Positions 49,079-57,309 of a stretch of DNA of 64,000 nucleotides are shown piece after piece (position 1 is the stretch's first letter; every line of letters begins with the position of its first letter). The notes below the pieces were generated by a model that was not told the origin of the DNA, made no database searches, and worked only from the letters and a program-made list of their open reading frames with translations. Made by a program: the position numbers and the translations under genes. Origin of the DNA: Candidatus Woesearchaeota archaeon (GTDB lineage: Archaea; Nanobdellota; Nanobdellia; Woesearchaeales; JAAOYA01); assembly GCA_018221105.1 (NCBI GenBank), contig JAAOYA010000010.1, forward strand, positions 62,001 through 126,000, given 5' to 3'.

Positions 49079-49423
49079 ATGAACAACAACAATTGGATTA
49101 GGATACCTAAAAAAAGCAGTAAAAGGGCTAACCACATTCTAAGAACTTATCTAAATTCTGATTCAAAAAAAATAGTTCAAGACGTGGCAAAGAAAGAGGG
49201 CGATGGAGAATCTGATTTAGGGAGAAAGGCTCTCGAATTTTACATTAACACAGTAGCTAATGATGTGCAAGGACTTAAAGATTTTTATCAAAACAGTAAT
49301 GGCGTTCTTTCAGAGTTGTATAAAGAAGTAAAAGAAGTAAAACGACTTTCGCAATCTAACGAGTCTTTGCTAAAAGAAATAAGGAAAAATCAGAAGGCAG
49401 TTAAACCGTCATCAGGCACCTAA
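49079..49423 (+). CDS. ribbon-helix-helix (CopG-like) regulator with coiled-coil tail
   Basis: ILRTYLNSDSKKIVQDVAKKEG..ESDLGRKALEFYI matches the RHH pattern. Confidence 0.65.
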   Translation: MNNNNWIRIPKKSSKRANHILRTYLNSDSKKIVQDVAKKEGDGESDLGRKALEFYINTVANDVQGLKDFYQNSNGVLSELYKEVKEVKRLSQSNESLLKEIRKNQKAVKPSSGT

Positions 49424-49694
49424 TAAAAGCTTATTTGTCGAGATAGAAAGGTTTAAATAATATCCCGATATACACCCTATTAGTTAAAGCGTTTAATTAT
49501 TCAGTTTTAATTTAAGTTTCTATGCCAGCTTTAGTTTAAGTGCTTTTAGAGGTCAAATAAAATGCGGGTCGGAGTTTACAATTTATTAAAAAAGAAAAAA
49601 CAACGTAACGAATTACATAGTAATAGATTTAATATTTCTTGCGTCGAAAAAATCTTATCGAAAGATAGAGACCCCAAATTAGCCCCAGAATCGC

Positions 49695-49912
49695 TTAAAA
49701 AATTAAAAAGAACTCCGCCGACCTTACCTAAAAAGTCGGCTCATGAATTAAATACTAGCTTCATAGATAACTCGTTAAATATTCTTTCCCAAGTTGACCT
49801 AGCGACGAAGACCCTAACAATATCGAACCCGTTTCTTGTCGGAAACAGCTCCCAATGCTAGACCAGCTAATGAGCAAATAGATGCCAAAAACACCATCCA
49901 CGTTAGGGTCAT
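49695..49912 (-). ncRNA. putative structured small transcript carrying a 32-aa ORF
   Basis: GACCCTAAC/GTTAGGGTC closing stem with three internal hairpins; GCCGAC/GTCGGC hairpin followed by T-tracts on the minus strand. Confidence 0.4.
49814..49912 (-). CDS. putative 32-aa hydrophobic peptide
   Basis: MTLTWMVFLASICSLAGLALGAVSDKKRVRYC; one TM-length hydrophobic stretch plus basic tail. Confidence 0.35.
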   Translation of the reverse strand: MTLTWMVFLASICSLAGLALGAVSDKKRVRYC

Positions 49913-49968
49913 TTTATTTTTGCATTAAATGAGGTAGATGATAAAATAACAAGATGAGGTATAAAAAA

Positions 49969-50217
49969 ATGGCAAAAAAACCATGGTATAGAAAAAAGAA
50001 AACGGTAGATGGAATATTCGACGCTGCATATTGGTTTCTTCTTTTAGGCTTAATACTGATTTTAGTGCTTACTTTTGTAAAAGCAGACTCAATCGATAAT
50101 GAAGAGTTGAGCAATGAAAAAACAAAGTTTAGCACAACAAATAACGTAGTGTTCCACGTACCAAACCACGAACCTGTTGAAATAACTTTAGTGTTCGCTG
50201 CGGAGGAATCCAAATGA
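49969..50217 (+). CDS. small single-TM protein
   Basis: GAGGT SD; basic N-terminus, TM WFLLLGLILILVLTFV; ATGA-coupled to next gene. Confidence 0.65.
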   Translation: MAKKPWYRKKKTVDGIFDAAYWFLLLGLILILVLTFVKADSIDNEELSNEKTKFSTTNNVVFHVPNHEPVEITLVFAAEESK

Positions 50218-50906
50218 AAAAAATAACACTATTAGTACTGGCAAGTTTATTGCTAGCCAGTATAGTTAGCGCATTGCCTTGGCGACCTAGTTGCATAATG
50301 GAAGAAGTGCCAAGCTTTTTGAATTTCAATAATGAGACTTGGTACGAAGATTATGATTCGAGCAATAGGCAAGATTATTGTGTTTATCCATTGGATACAG
50401 TTTATACTGGGAATATTACACAACGTTTTAACGACACTATTTTTATAGCGCAAGAAGTAGGATTTAATACTAATGGAAACTACTTTACCTATACAAATCC
50501 TGATTTCTGGACAATTGTTCAATTAACAGAGAAAAGCAATGTTAGAAATGTCGAAGTCTATTTTGAGTACTACTTTCCAAGTTATAATGGTTTTTGTTTA
50601 CCTAATACTATAAATCCAGTAACAGGATTTTATGAAAGCCCACAAGCCGTACTTTTGACCAATGCTGAAAGCAACTTATCAATAACAGGAACTTTTGACG
50701 ACGCTATATATTACATGAATGGTAACGTCGTTTGTGACCAATGGAATAACTTTTCACGTGTTGTTACTGACTTTTCAAATGACCGTGGTAGTAGTTTTTC
50801 ATCAGCTAGTAAAACAATTGGAAGTTTAGGGTTTGAACTCAAAAACGTTTACCTCAGGAATATTGAGATACGTGGAAGCACAGAAACAATAGAGGTGTGG
50901 AAATGA
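50214..50906 (+). CDS. secreted beta-rich protein
   Basis: Signal peptide (..SIVSA), sequons, GGAGG SD. Confidence 0.7.
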   Translation: MKKITLLVLASLLLASIVSALPWRPSCIMEEVPSFLNFNNETWYEDYDSSNRQDYCVYPLDTVYTGNITQRFNDTIFIAQEVGFNTNGNYFTYTNPDFWTIVQLTEKSNVRNVEVYFEYYFPSYNGFCLPNTINPVTGFYESPQAVLLTNAESNLSITGTFDDAIYYMNGNVVCDQWNNFSRVVTDFSNDRGSSFSSASKTIGSLGFELKNVYLRNIEIRGSTETIEVWK

Positions 50907-52801
50907 GTAAAAAAATACTGCTACTTTTTTTTATTGTTTTTTTATTAGCAGTAAATGTATTAGGACTTCAGGAAGAACTGAACGTTACAACTTGTAGCGG
51001 AGCAACTTCTTGTTCGGAAGCGAATTATAATGATAACACTACTAGCATAGGTCATACTATTGCAAAGGCTGGGACAGGTACTAGCGAGTGGTCAAATTTT
51101 CAAGGCGATGTTAGTTCTACATTAGGCGATGTATGGTTTTATTTCAGACATGGTGGAGAAGCAGATGTTGCTAATAATTGGGGCATTGATTTTAAAGATG
51201 TTGCAGGTACAACTACTTATTGTTCGATAAACGATATAGCAATGTCATCATCTGACACTTATGACACAAGAAACACAACCACTGATTGCTCTTGGACAAT
51301 ATCAAGGCTCGATGACCTTAAAATAGAAGTGACAAGCGGGGTCAGTGGAAAGCCAGCAAATGGTTATATCTATTACGCCGACCTTTACATTACATACACA
51401 GGACTACCTTTTGGAATTTTAAATGCTACAATCACAGACCCTACTACTGACATCACTATTGATTCAAACACATCATTTTACTTGAACGCTACTGTTACTT
51501 GTAATGGCGATGTCGGAGCAGTGTGTGGTATTGTTTATGCTTGGGCAAGATACAATACTAGCGGTGTTGAACCAGACACAACAATGCTTTCACACTATTT
51601 CAATGTTTTTAATGATAGTTTTGACCGTGCTGATAGTGCAGACTTAGGTAATGGTTGGGTTGAAACTGATAATGTTGATTGTCTTAATAGTATTGTAGAT
51701 GGCACATATAAAATATATGACCCAAGTGGTGTTGGAACTGGTGAACGAGCTTGTGCTGCTTATCATGAAGATAGTTTTGAGGGGACAGCCCTAAACAATA
51801 TCTCGTTTGATTGGCAGATTGAATCAGCTACTGGTGATGGTGCAGCAAATTATATATTAATTTACAATACTACTGGTGGAACTTATGCTCAATTCATATC
51901 TGATACTGATGGAAATTATTATTGGAACCATAAAGATGGCAGTCTTAATCTTGGTGCTTATACTGTAACAGAATGGGATAGTTTTATTATGCAAAATATT
52001 ACAACAACTGATTATGAATTAATATATGATGGTGTTAGCCAAGGAACTTTAAATTTTACAAGCCCACTAACTGGTGCAATAAGATTTAGACATTCATCAG
52101 CAGGCGGAAGAGAAGGTGTATCATACTTAGACAATTTGTCAATTACATCAGTTAACATGTCCTTTGTTTCACCTCTTTATACAATTTATAACGAAAACCC
52201 ACTATCAAAAATTCTTAATCAAGGTGATGAGTGGAACATTTCATGGCTTGTTAATTACACTGGAACACAAGCATACTATGTTGATGTATTGTTCAATAGT
52301 TCTTACGGTAGTGCAAGTATTCCTGATAATGATACCAATAACAGAAAAATAAACCCGACTGGAGGTGCACCGCCTGCCGATATTAGTTTTACATTAACAT
52401 ATCCTAATAGTGGTTGTTCAGAAGGAAACGGTTGTACTACCGCAAGTTGTACTGCTTGTACTTACTGCCACATAAATTTTTCAACTTTATACGACTCCAA
52501 CGTATCGTGTGTTGGTCAAAATAGCACTGTTCCTTTTTGGATTTATACAAATACAGGGGATGTTAGTATGGATATCGTTTGGGAGTGGAACGAAACAATA
52601 GATAGTGCTTTAACGCTAAAATATGACACTGATAATAATCCAACTGGGGCGACTATTGTTCCCGACCCGCCAACAACTGTTAATATTGCACTAGCCCTTG
52701 CTCAAGGGAATAATCAAAGTATTTGGGGATGGGGCGACCTTACGGTTGGCGTTGCGGGAAATTATACTTACAAAATCGATGCGACGAGTTCGCAAAGTTA
52801 A
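50903..52801 (+). CDS. large secreted glycoprotein-like protein (lectin/Ig-like domains suspected)
   Basis: Signal peptide, many N-x-S/T, DSFDRADSADLGNGW segment, paired Cys; no C-terminal TM. Confidence 0.7.
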   Translation: MSKKILLLFFIVFLLAVNVLGLQEELNVTTCSGATSCSEANYNDNTTSIGHTIAKAGTGTSEWSNFQGDVSSTLGDVWFYFRHGGEADVANNWGIDFKDVAGTTTYCSINDIAMSSSDTYDTRNTTTDCSWTISRLDDLKIEVTSGVSGKPANGYIYYADLYITYTGLPFGILNATITDPTTDITIDSNTSFYLNATVTCNGDVGAVCGIVYAWARYNTSGVEPDTTMLSHYFNVFNDSFDRADSADLGNGWVETDNVDCLNSIVDGTYKIYDPSGVGTGERACAAYHEDSFEGTALNNISFDWQIESATGDGAANYILIYNTTGGTYAQFISDTDGNYYWNHKDGSLNLGAYTVTEWDSFIMQNITTTDYELIYDGVSQGTLNFTSPLTGAIRFRHSSAGGREGVSYLDNLSITSVNMSFVSPLYTIYNENPLSKILNQGDEWNISWLVNYTGTQAYYVDVLFNSSYGSASIPDNDTNNRKINPTGGAPPADISFTLTYPNSGCSEGNGCTTASCTACTYCHINFSTLYDSNVSCVGQNSTVPFWIYTNTGDVSMDIVWEWNETIDSALTLKYDTDNNPTGATIVPDPPTTVNIALALAQGNNQSIWGWGDLTVGVAGNYTYKIDATSSQS

Positions 52802-52825
52802 AAAAATAAAACGAGGTAAAAAAAC

Positions 52826-53506
52826 ATGGAAAGACAAAAAAGTTATTGTAAATGTGTGCATATGGACTATTGTAATTTTTGTAAAATTAAAATATCAGAA
52901 GAATCGATAACAAAAGGATATTGTGTAGCCTGTGGTGAAGTACCGTACATCATAACGGGAGAAAAGTGTCCAGTGTGTTTTGATGTGTCATATCTTAATC
53001 AAATAACTAAAGAGATAGCAGGTTGTAGATGTGAAAGAGATATCGGTAATGAAATAACAGATGTAGAGATTAGAAGAAAAGCCTACAAAAAATTTGAAGA
53101 AGAAGATGCCAGATACATTCTAAAGTGTCTTAAGTTAGATGAAAAAGAGATAAAACAACGTTTAGAAAACTTGAAGAAAGTACAAGTAGAAAGAGAAAAA
53201 ACAAAAGAAGAGTACATAGGTTTTATCTTCGGTTTATCAAAAGTCGCAATTGAAAGTTATGACAAGGCGAAGGAAACACTAGAAAATGAGCACTTAGTGG
53301 AATTAACAAGTTCGGAAGTAATTAATGAGATGGCTCTGCGCACTACATTTAGTCAAAACAATCCTTTGAACAAAATAATGCCACAACTTGAGATTATTAT
53401 AGAGAGAAATAAATGGAGCTGGGAGCAATTCAGTAGGAAAATAATAAATTGGTTCGATGATTGGGGCGACCTTGAAGAAACCCTAAGAAAAAAAGCATTT
53501 GATTAA
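52826..53506 (+). CDS. hypothetical protein with Cys-rich (multi-CxxC) N-terminus
   Basis: CKC, CNFC, CVAC, CPVC, CRC; GAGGT SD. Confidence 0.65.
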   Translation: MERQKSYCKCVHMDYCNFCKIKISEESITKGYCVACGEVPYIITGEKCPVCFDVSYLNQITKEIAGCRCERDIGNEITDVEIRRKAYKKFEEEDARYILKCLKLDEKEIKQRLENLKKVQVEREKTKEEYIGFIFGLSKVAIESYDKAKETLENEHLVELTSSEVINEMALRTTFSQNNPLNKIMPQLEIIIERNKWSWEQFSRKIINWFDDWGDLEETLRKKAFD

Positions 53507-53507
53507 G

Positions 53508-53831
53508 ATGTCAAATTATAATAAACTCAAACTTGATCTGGGAGATGAATCTTTCATTATTCTAGATTACAGAGAGGCTATGACTTTGCTTTCAATTATT
53601 GAAGCGATGAAACAATTTCATAGATGGGGAAAGAAGCATTATACCATAAAACAACTGGCTAAAAAAACTCGTGAGGTCAGAAAAAACCCTTACGTGACAA
53701 AAGAAATAATCATAAGAATGATAAAATGGCTAATCGGCAGACACTTGCATATCATTCAAGTTAACAAATATAGATTTATATTTCCCACTAAGGACTTTAT
53801 TAAAAATAATTTGGAGGAAAAAAACAAATGA
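53508..53831 (+). CDS. small basic wHTH-like protein, paralog A
   Basis: Aligns by eye over its length with the next ORF. Confidence 0.6.
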   Translation: MSNYNKLKLDLGDESFIILDYREAMTLLSIIEAMKQFHRWGKKHYTIKQLAKKTREVRKNPYVTKEIIIRMIKWLIGRHLHIIQVNKYRFIFPTKDFIKNNLEEKNK

Positions 53832-54193
53832 CTGAAGAAAAAAAAGTAAAAAGGTATAAAATTTCATTTGGCAAAAGAGATTACATTTACTTGGACAAAA
53901 GAGAAAAGGCAGCCTGGAATTTATTGTTAGCGACAATGTATATACTGTATAAAAAAGAAATAGAACGCTATTCAATGACTAGATTGCTCAAAACAGCTTA
54001 TAAATTAAGGGATAAAGAAACTGAGTATTACATGACAGAAACAAGACTTCGGCGTTTAGTACCATATCTTGTTGTACAAAGACCTCGCCTTTTACACATT
54101 CGCCAGAGGGGAAATTTTCGACTTTTAAGACCTTCAAAATACTATATAGAAGAACACATAGGTAAAAAAACTAAAAAGGTAACCCCTAGCTAA
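53828..54193 (+). CDS. small basic wHTH-like protein, paralog B
   Basis: GGAGG SD, ATGA coupling; shares LD.RE, Y.T, LHI.Q and P...I motifs with paralog A. Confidence 0.6.
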   Translation: MTEEKKVKRYKISFGKRDYIYLDKREKAAWNLLLATMYILYKKEIERYSMTRLLKTAYKLRDKETEYYMTETRLRRLVPYLVVQRPRLLHIRQRGNFRLLRPSKYYIEEHIGKKTKKVTPS

Positions 54194-54229
54194 CCCCTTA
54201 ACTATATTAGTAATCAGAAGAAGAACTTT

Positions 54230-54445
54230 AAGCCCTATACTACCTTTAAAAAACTAAATCCTTTATCACCTAAATTAAATTTATAAATTCATCCTTTTGC
54301 GGGTTTAGTTTTCAAGTTAAGAAATTAGCGACAGCTACACTAGAATAATGGGACTGCTATAGTCCCAGAACGTTATAAACGAAAACTCAATCAATTTCCA
54401 AAGACCTGAGCAAGTCTAAAAAGGGCTTCAAGAAACCGAAAGGGG
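54230..54445 (+). ncRNA. putative structured leader RNA upstream of the Sm-like/helicase genes
   Basis: Hairpins TAGC-GACA-GCTA, TGGGACT/AGTCCCA, AGAC/GTCT, CC-GAAA-GG; enclosing stem AGTTTTC/GAAAACT. Confidence 0.45.
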
Positions 54446-54452
54446 AATAGTA

Positions 54453-54662
54453 ATGAAAAACGATTTGAATATCTACAAAAGAAAACTTGTAATCGTAATA
54501 TATCACGAGAACCCTAATTCTAAAGCCCTTACATTAAAAGGGTACTGTTTCGAGACATCTAACGAGTTCATATATCTAAAATCTGGCGGTGGCATTGTTA
54601 CTTCTATCAAAAAAGAATGGATTAGAAAAATAAAAACAAAGGAAGGTGACACAAATGGGTAG
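54453..54662 (+). CDS. Sm/LSm(Hfq)-like small protein
   Basis: KLVIVIY..TLKGYCFETSNEFIYLK..IVTSIKKEWIRKI fits the Sm1/Sm2 beta pattern. Confidence 0.55.
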   Translation: MKNDLNIYKRKLVIVIYHENPNSKALTLKGYCFETSNEFIYLKSGGGIVTSIKKEWIRKIKTKEGDTNG

Positions 54663-56943
54663 ACCGCCTTCTATTGATTACAGGGATAAAATAGCGAAAG
54701 AGATGTTATTAAATTACAGTGGAAAACATATCAAAACCTTAAAAGTGCCAAAAGTGGGAGTGACTACAAGTCTTGTAAAAAATAGTATTGAACTTAATCA
54801 ACGGATAGTATTGGTATCGCCAACTAAAGAAATACTTGAAAAAACAGAAAGGGTTGTCAATGAATTATTAGGTAAAAAAGTAAAATCAATGTATATTCAT
54901 CCAAATCTTGGCAATATTAAATTAATAAAAGATGAAGATGACTATGATTTAGATTATAATGAACTCAAAAAAAGTTTATGTAAGATAAAAGTAAGTAAAG
55001 TTCTTAGAAATGGTTTAAAGTTTTCACGTTTGTTAAAAGAAGGCAAAAAGGAAGAATGTGATAAATTAAAAAAACTACATCATTTAGAGCCTATTCCACA
55101 AAATTGTAAAACTTGTAAAGAAGACTGTAAGCTAAATCAAATTGTGGAAGCAAAAAACAACGAGGAAAAAATCGATGTTATCTTAATCACATATCAAAAA
55201 CTCGATAATTTATTAAGCACTAACAATAAAAAGTTACAAGAAGTGCTAGAATTAATATTCACTTCTGATAATATAATACTGGACGAGTTCACAACTAGCG
55301 TAACTAAAACTGATGAAGGAATAAAACTACTTGAGCAACCTAAAGCATTTGATAAAACATATAATCTAATTAGTGAAGCTGTAGAACAATTTAAAGATGA
55401 AATAGGTTTAATGTTAGATGAAGATATTAAAAATAATAATGCGCTAGGCGAGTTCTTACCAACAATTTGGTATCTGATAAGCGAAGTAATAAATTTCTTG
55501 CAAGATTTAGAAATAGAAAAACATGATACCTTTTTAGAAAAAATAAAAGAAAAAATAACAGATGAAGAAGAAAGTAAAAAAGTAAAAACAGAACTATACG
55601 AACAAGGAATGGCTTATCTGGTCAAAATAATAAAGAATCCCTTTTATGAAACTTATAGAATAATCCAAACAAAGAATAAGGGCTGGTCTTTCTTCAAATT
55701 CTATGAACTTTATTTTAATAAAGGAAAAAATGTTGAATTACTAGAAACACTCTATAATCTGCTCGATTATGAATATTTTATCATTGAAAAAGCGAACAGT
55801 GAGTACACAATAAAAGATATTAACACTGGATATAGAGACTTTCTTTTTAATCTACAACTAAATTTTAATGGTCAAGACCAATTATTAGCAATAGTAGATG
55901 CTGGCATGCCTAAATCTTTAGAGTTCTTAAACAAATTTAAAGAAATAGAAGATTATGAAGTTGGTGACCCGAAAAATACACAAAAGATGATTATGCTTGT
56001 TTGCGACGACATTGACATCAAAAGTGAAGTTGGTTTTATCAAAAAACGTGGGCGACAAGAAAATATAATAGATGTGCTAACCAACTGGGCAACCATACAC
56101 AAGAATAAAAAAGGTGCGCTAATAACAAAAACAGGTTACGAGGAAGTCCCCACTGGTCATTCCCCGTTTAAGATTGCTCAAGTTATAGGTAAATGGTTTA
56201 AAGAGGGTAGAATATCAAGAGAGTCTTTCATTCATTACTATTTCCGTGATATTTATAATCGTGGTACAGATTTTCCTTTTGAGAAACAATCAATTTTCAG
56301 TATGGGTCTTCCTTACCCACCAACTAATATTTATTTTAATAAAGCTATTGTTAAGAGGGATAAAGAAGGATTAGAACTGGTCAATAGATATGGGTCGTCT
56401 GACTTATTCAGAGACTTATTAAAGGACTCAGAAAGCGATATTGAAGATTTAGAGTTAATACCTACCCTAAATAAAATATTATACGATGATAACGTTTCAA
56501 GTAGTTTTAATAATTACATTTTAAGAAACAAAACAGAACGTGGTAATAAACGATTAACCAACTTTTGCCTTCTAACAAAGTATGATGATGTCATTAAATG
56601 CCTAAAGAATGGTTATGATAAATATCCAATGCCTGTGGTTATTAAAGGATACTCGCAAGGAGACTGTTATAAAGACGTATTAATGTATGAACGTCTTTTC
56701 CAAAAATACGGCGATGTCTTAAACCCTCAACATATTCCCTTACTTGCCCGTATTATCAGAAGAGTTAATGAAAAGAAAAAAGAAAGTGTTAACCTTTTTC
56801 ATATTAAAGCGGTCAAGAGAAAAAGTTTAGAAAGTGAAGAAGAGACCGAACTAATAAAAGAAGTGTTCAATAGTGAAGTAAATCTTCAAATACTTAAAGC
56901 AGAACTTAAAGAAAAGTACTTTAATTTAAGAATAAAATTTTAA
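54655..56943 (+). CDS. SF2 DinG/XPD-like helicase-fold protein, probable element replication protein
   Basis: KVPKVGVTTS (degenerate Walker A), VSPTKEI (Ia), Cys cluster, ITYQKL, IILDEF, RGTDF, GLPYPP; GGTGA SD before ATG 54655. Confidence 0.65.
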   Translation: MGRPPSIDYRDKIAKEMLLNYSGKHIKTLKVPKVGVTTSLVKNSIELNQRIVLVSPTKEILEKTERVVNELLGKKVKSMYIHPNLGNIKLIKDEDDYDLDYNELKKSLCKIKVSKVLRNGLKFSRLLKEGKKEECDKLKKLHHLEPIPQNCKTCKEDCKLNQIVEAKNNEEKIDVILITYQKLDNLLSTNNKKLQEVLELIFTSDNIILDEFTTSVTKTDEGIKLLEQPKAFDKTYNLISEAVEQFKDEIGLMLDEDIKNNNALGEFLPTIWYLISEVINFLQDLEIEKHDTFLEKIKEKITDEEESKKVKTELYEQGMAYLVKIIKNPFYETYRIIQTKNKGWSFFKFYELYFNKGKNVELLETLYNLLDYEYFIIEKANSEYTIKDINTGYRDFLFNLQLNFNGQDQLLAIVDAGMPKSLEFLNKFKEIEDYEVGDPKNTQKMIMLVCDDIDIKSEVGFIKKRGRQENIIDVLTNWATIHKNKKGALITKTGYEEVPTGHSPFKIAQVIGKWFKEGRISRESFIHYYFRDIYNRGTDFPFEKQSIFSMGLPYPPTNIYFNKAIVKRDKEGLELVNRYGSSDLFRDLLKDSESDIEDLELIPTLNKILYDDNVSSSFNNYILRNKTERGNKRLTNFCLLTKYDDVIKCLKNGYDKYPMPVVIKGYSQGDCYKDVLMYERLFQKYGDVLNPQHIPLLARIIRRVNEKKKESVNLFHIKAVKRKSLESEEETELIKEVFNSEVNLQILKAELKEKYFNLRIKF

Positions 56944-57157
56944 TTTTCCCGAATTTCAGGTAGCGTTTTATGGAGACTATTCCAATAATATTAATTGTAC
57001 TGTTTACAAGCCCCGACTACCAAATCGTCTAATAGGATTTTAAGATGTTTATTACATGTATATTTAATAGACGATTTGGTAGTCCGTACTTTACGGGGTT
57101 TTCAGTTACATGAAACTCTAATACAATCTATAAAAAGCGGGCTGAAATTCGGGAAAA
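56944..57157 (+). repeat. 214-nt imperfect hairpin with perfect 16-bp and 17-bp stems
   Basis: 56944-56959/57142-57157 and 57015-57031/57068-57084 are exact inverted repeats. Confidence 0.9.
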
Positions 57158-57309
57158 ACGTCTCTTTAAAAAATTTCAGAATTTACGAATAATCGCAATA
57201 TAACTATTAAAACATTTACTCGGTACAGAAACCAAGTCTCATAAAACTCTGTTTTTGCTTTCTTAACAGCTTTTTCTTTATCCTCTCGCCCTAACAGCAT
57301 AGTATAATT

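Noticed and set aside
52733..53473. Shared TGGGGCGACCTT in two adjacent genes
   Set aside because: Both encode WGDL in unrelated contexts; a 12-bp match is not enough to call a repeat
56944..57157. Retron msr-msd
   Set aside because: The long hairpin is superficially similar but no reverse transcriptase (YxDD) gene is nearby
56995..57192. 65-aa ORF after the helicase
   Set aside because: TTG start without SD, lies within the hairpin, no protein-like features
57166..57300. 44-aa minus-strand ORF MLLGREDKEKAVKKAKTEFYETWFLYRVNVLIVILRLFVNSEIF
   Set aside because: Possible small gene, but no motif or clear promoter; insufficient support
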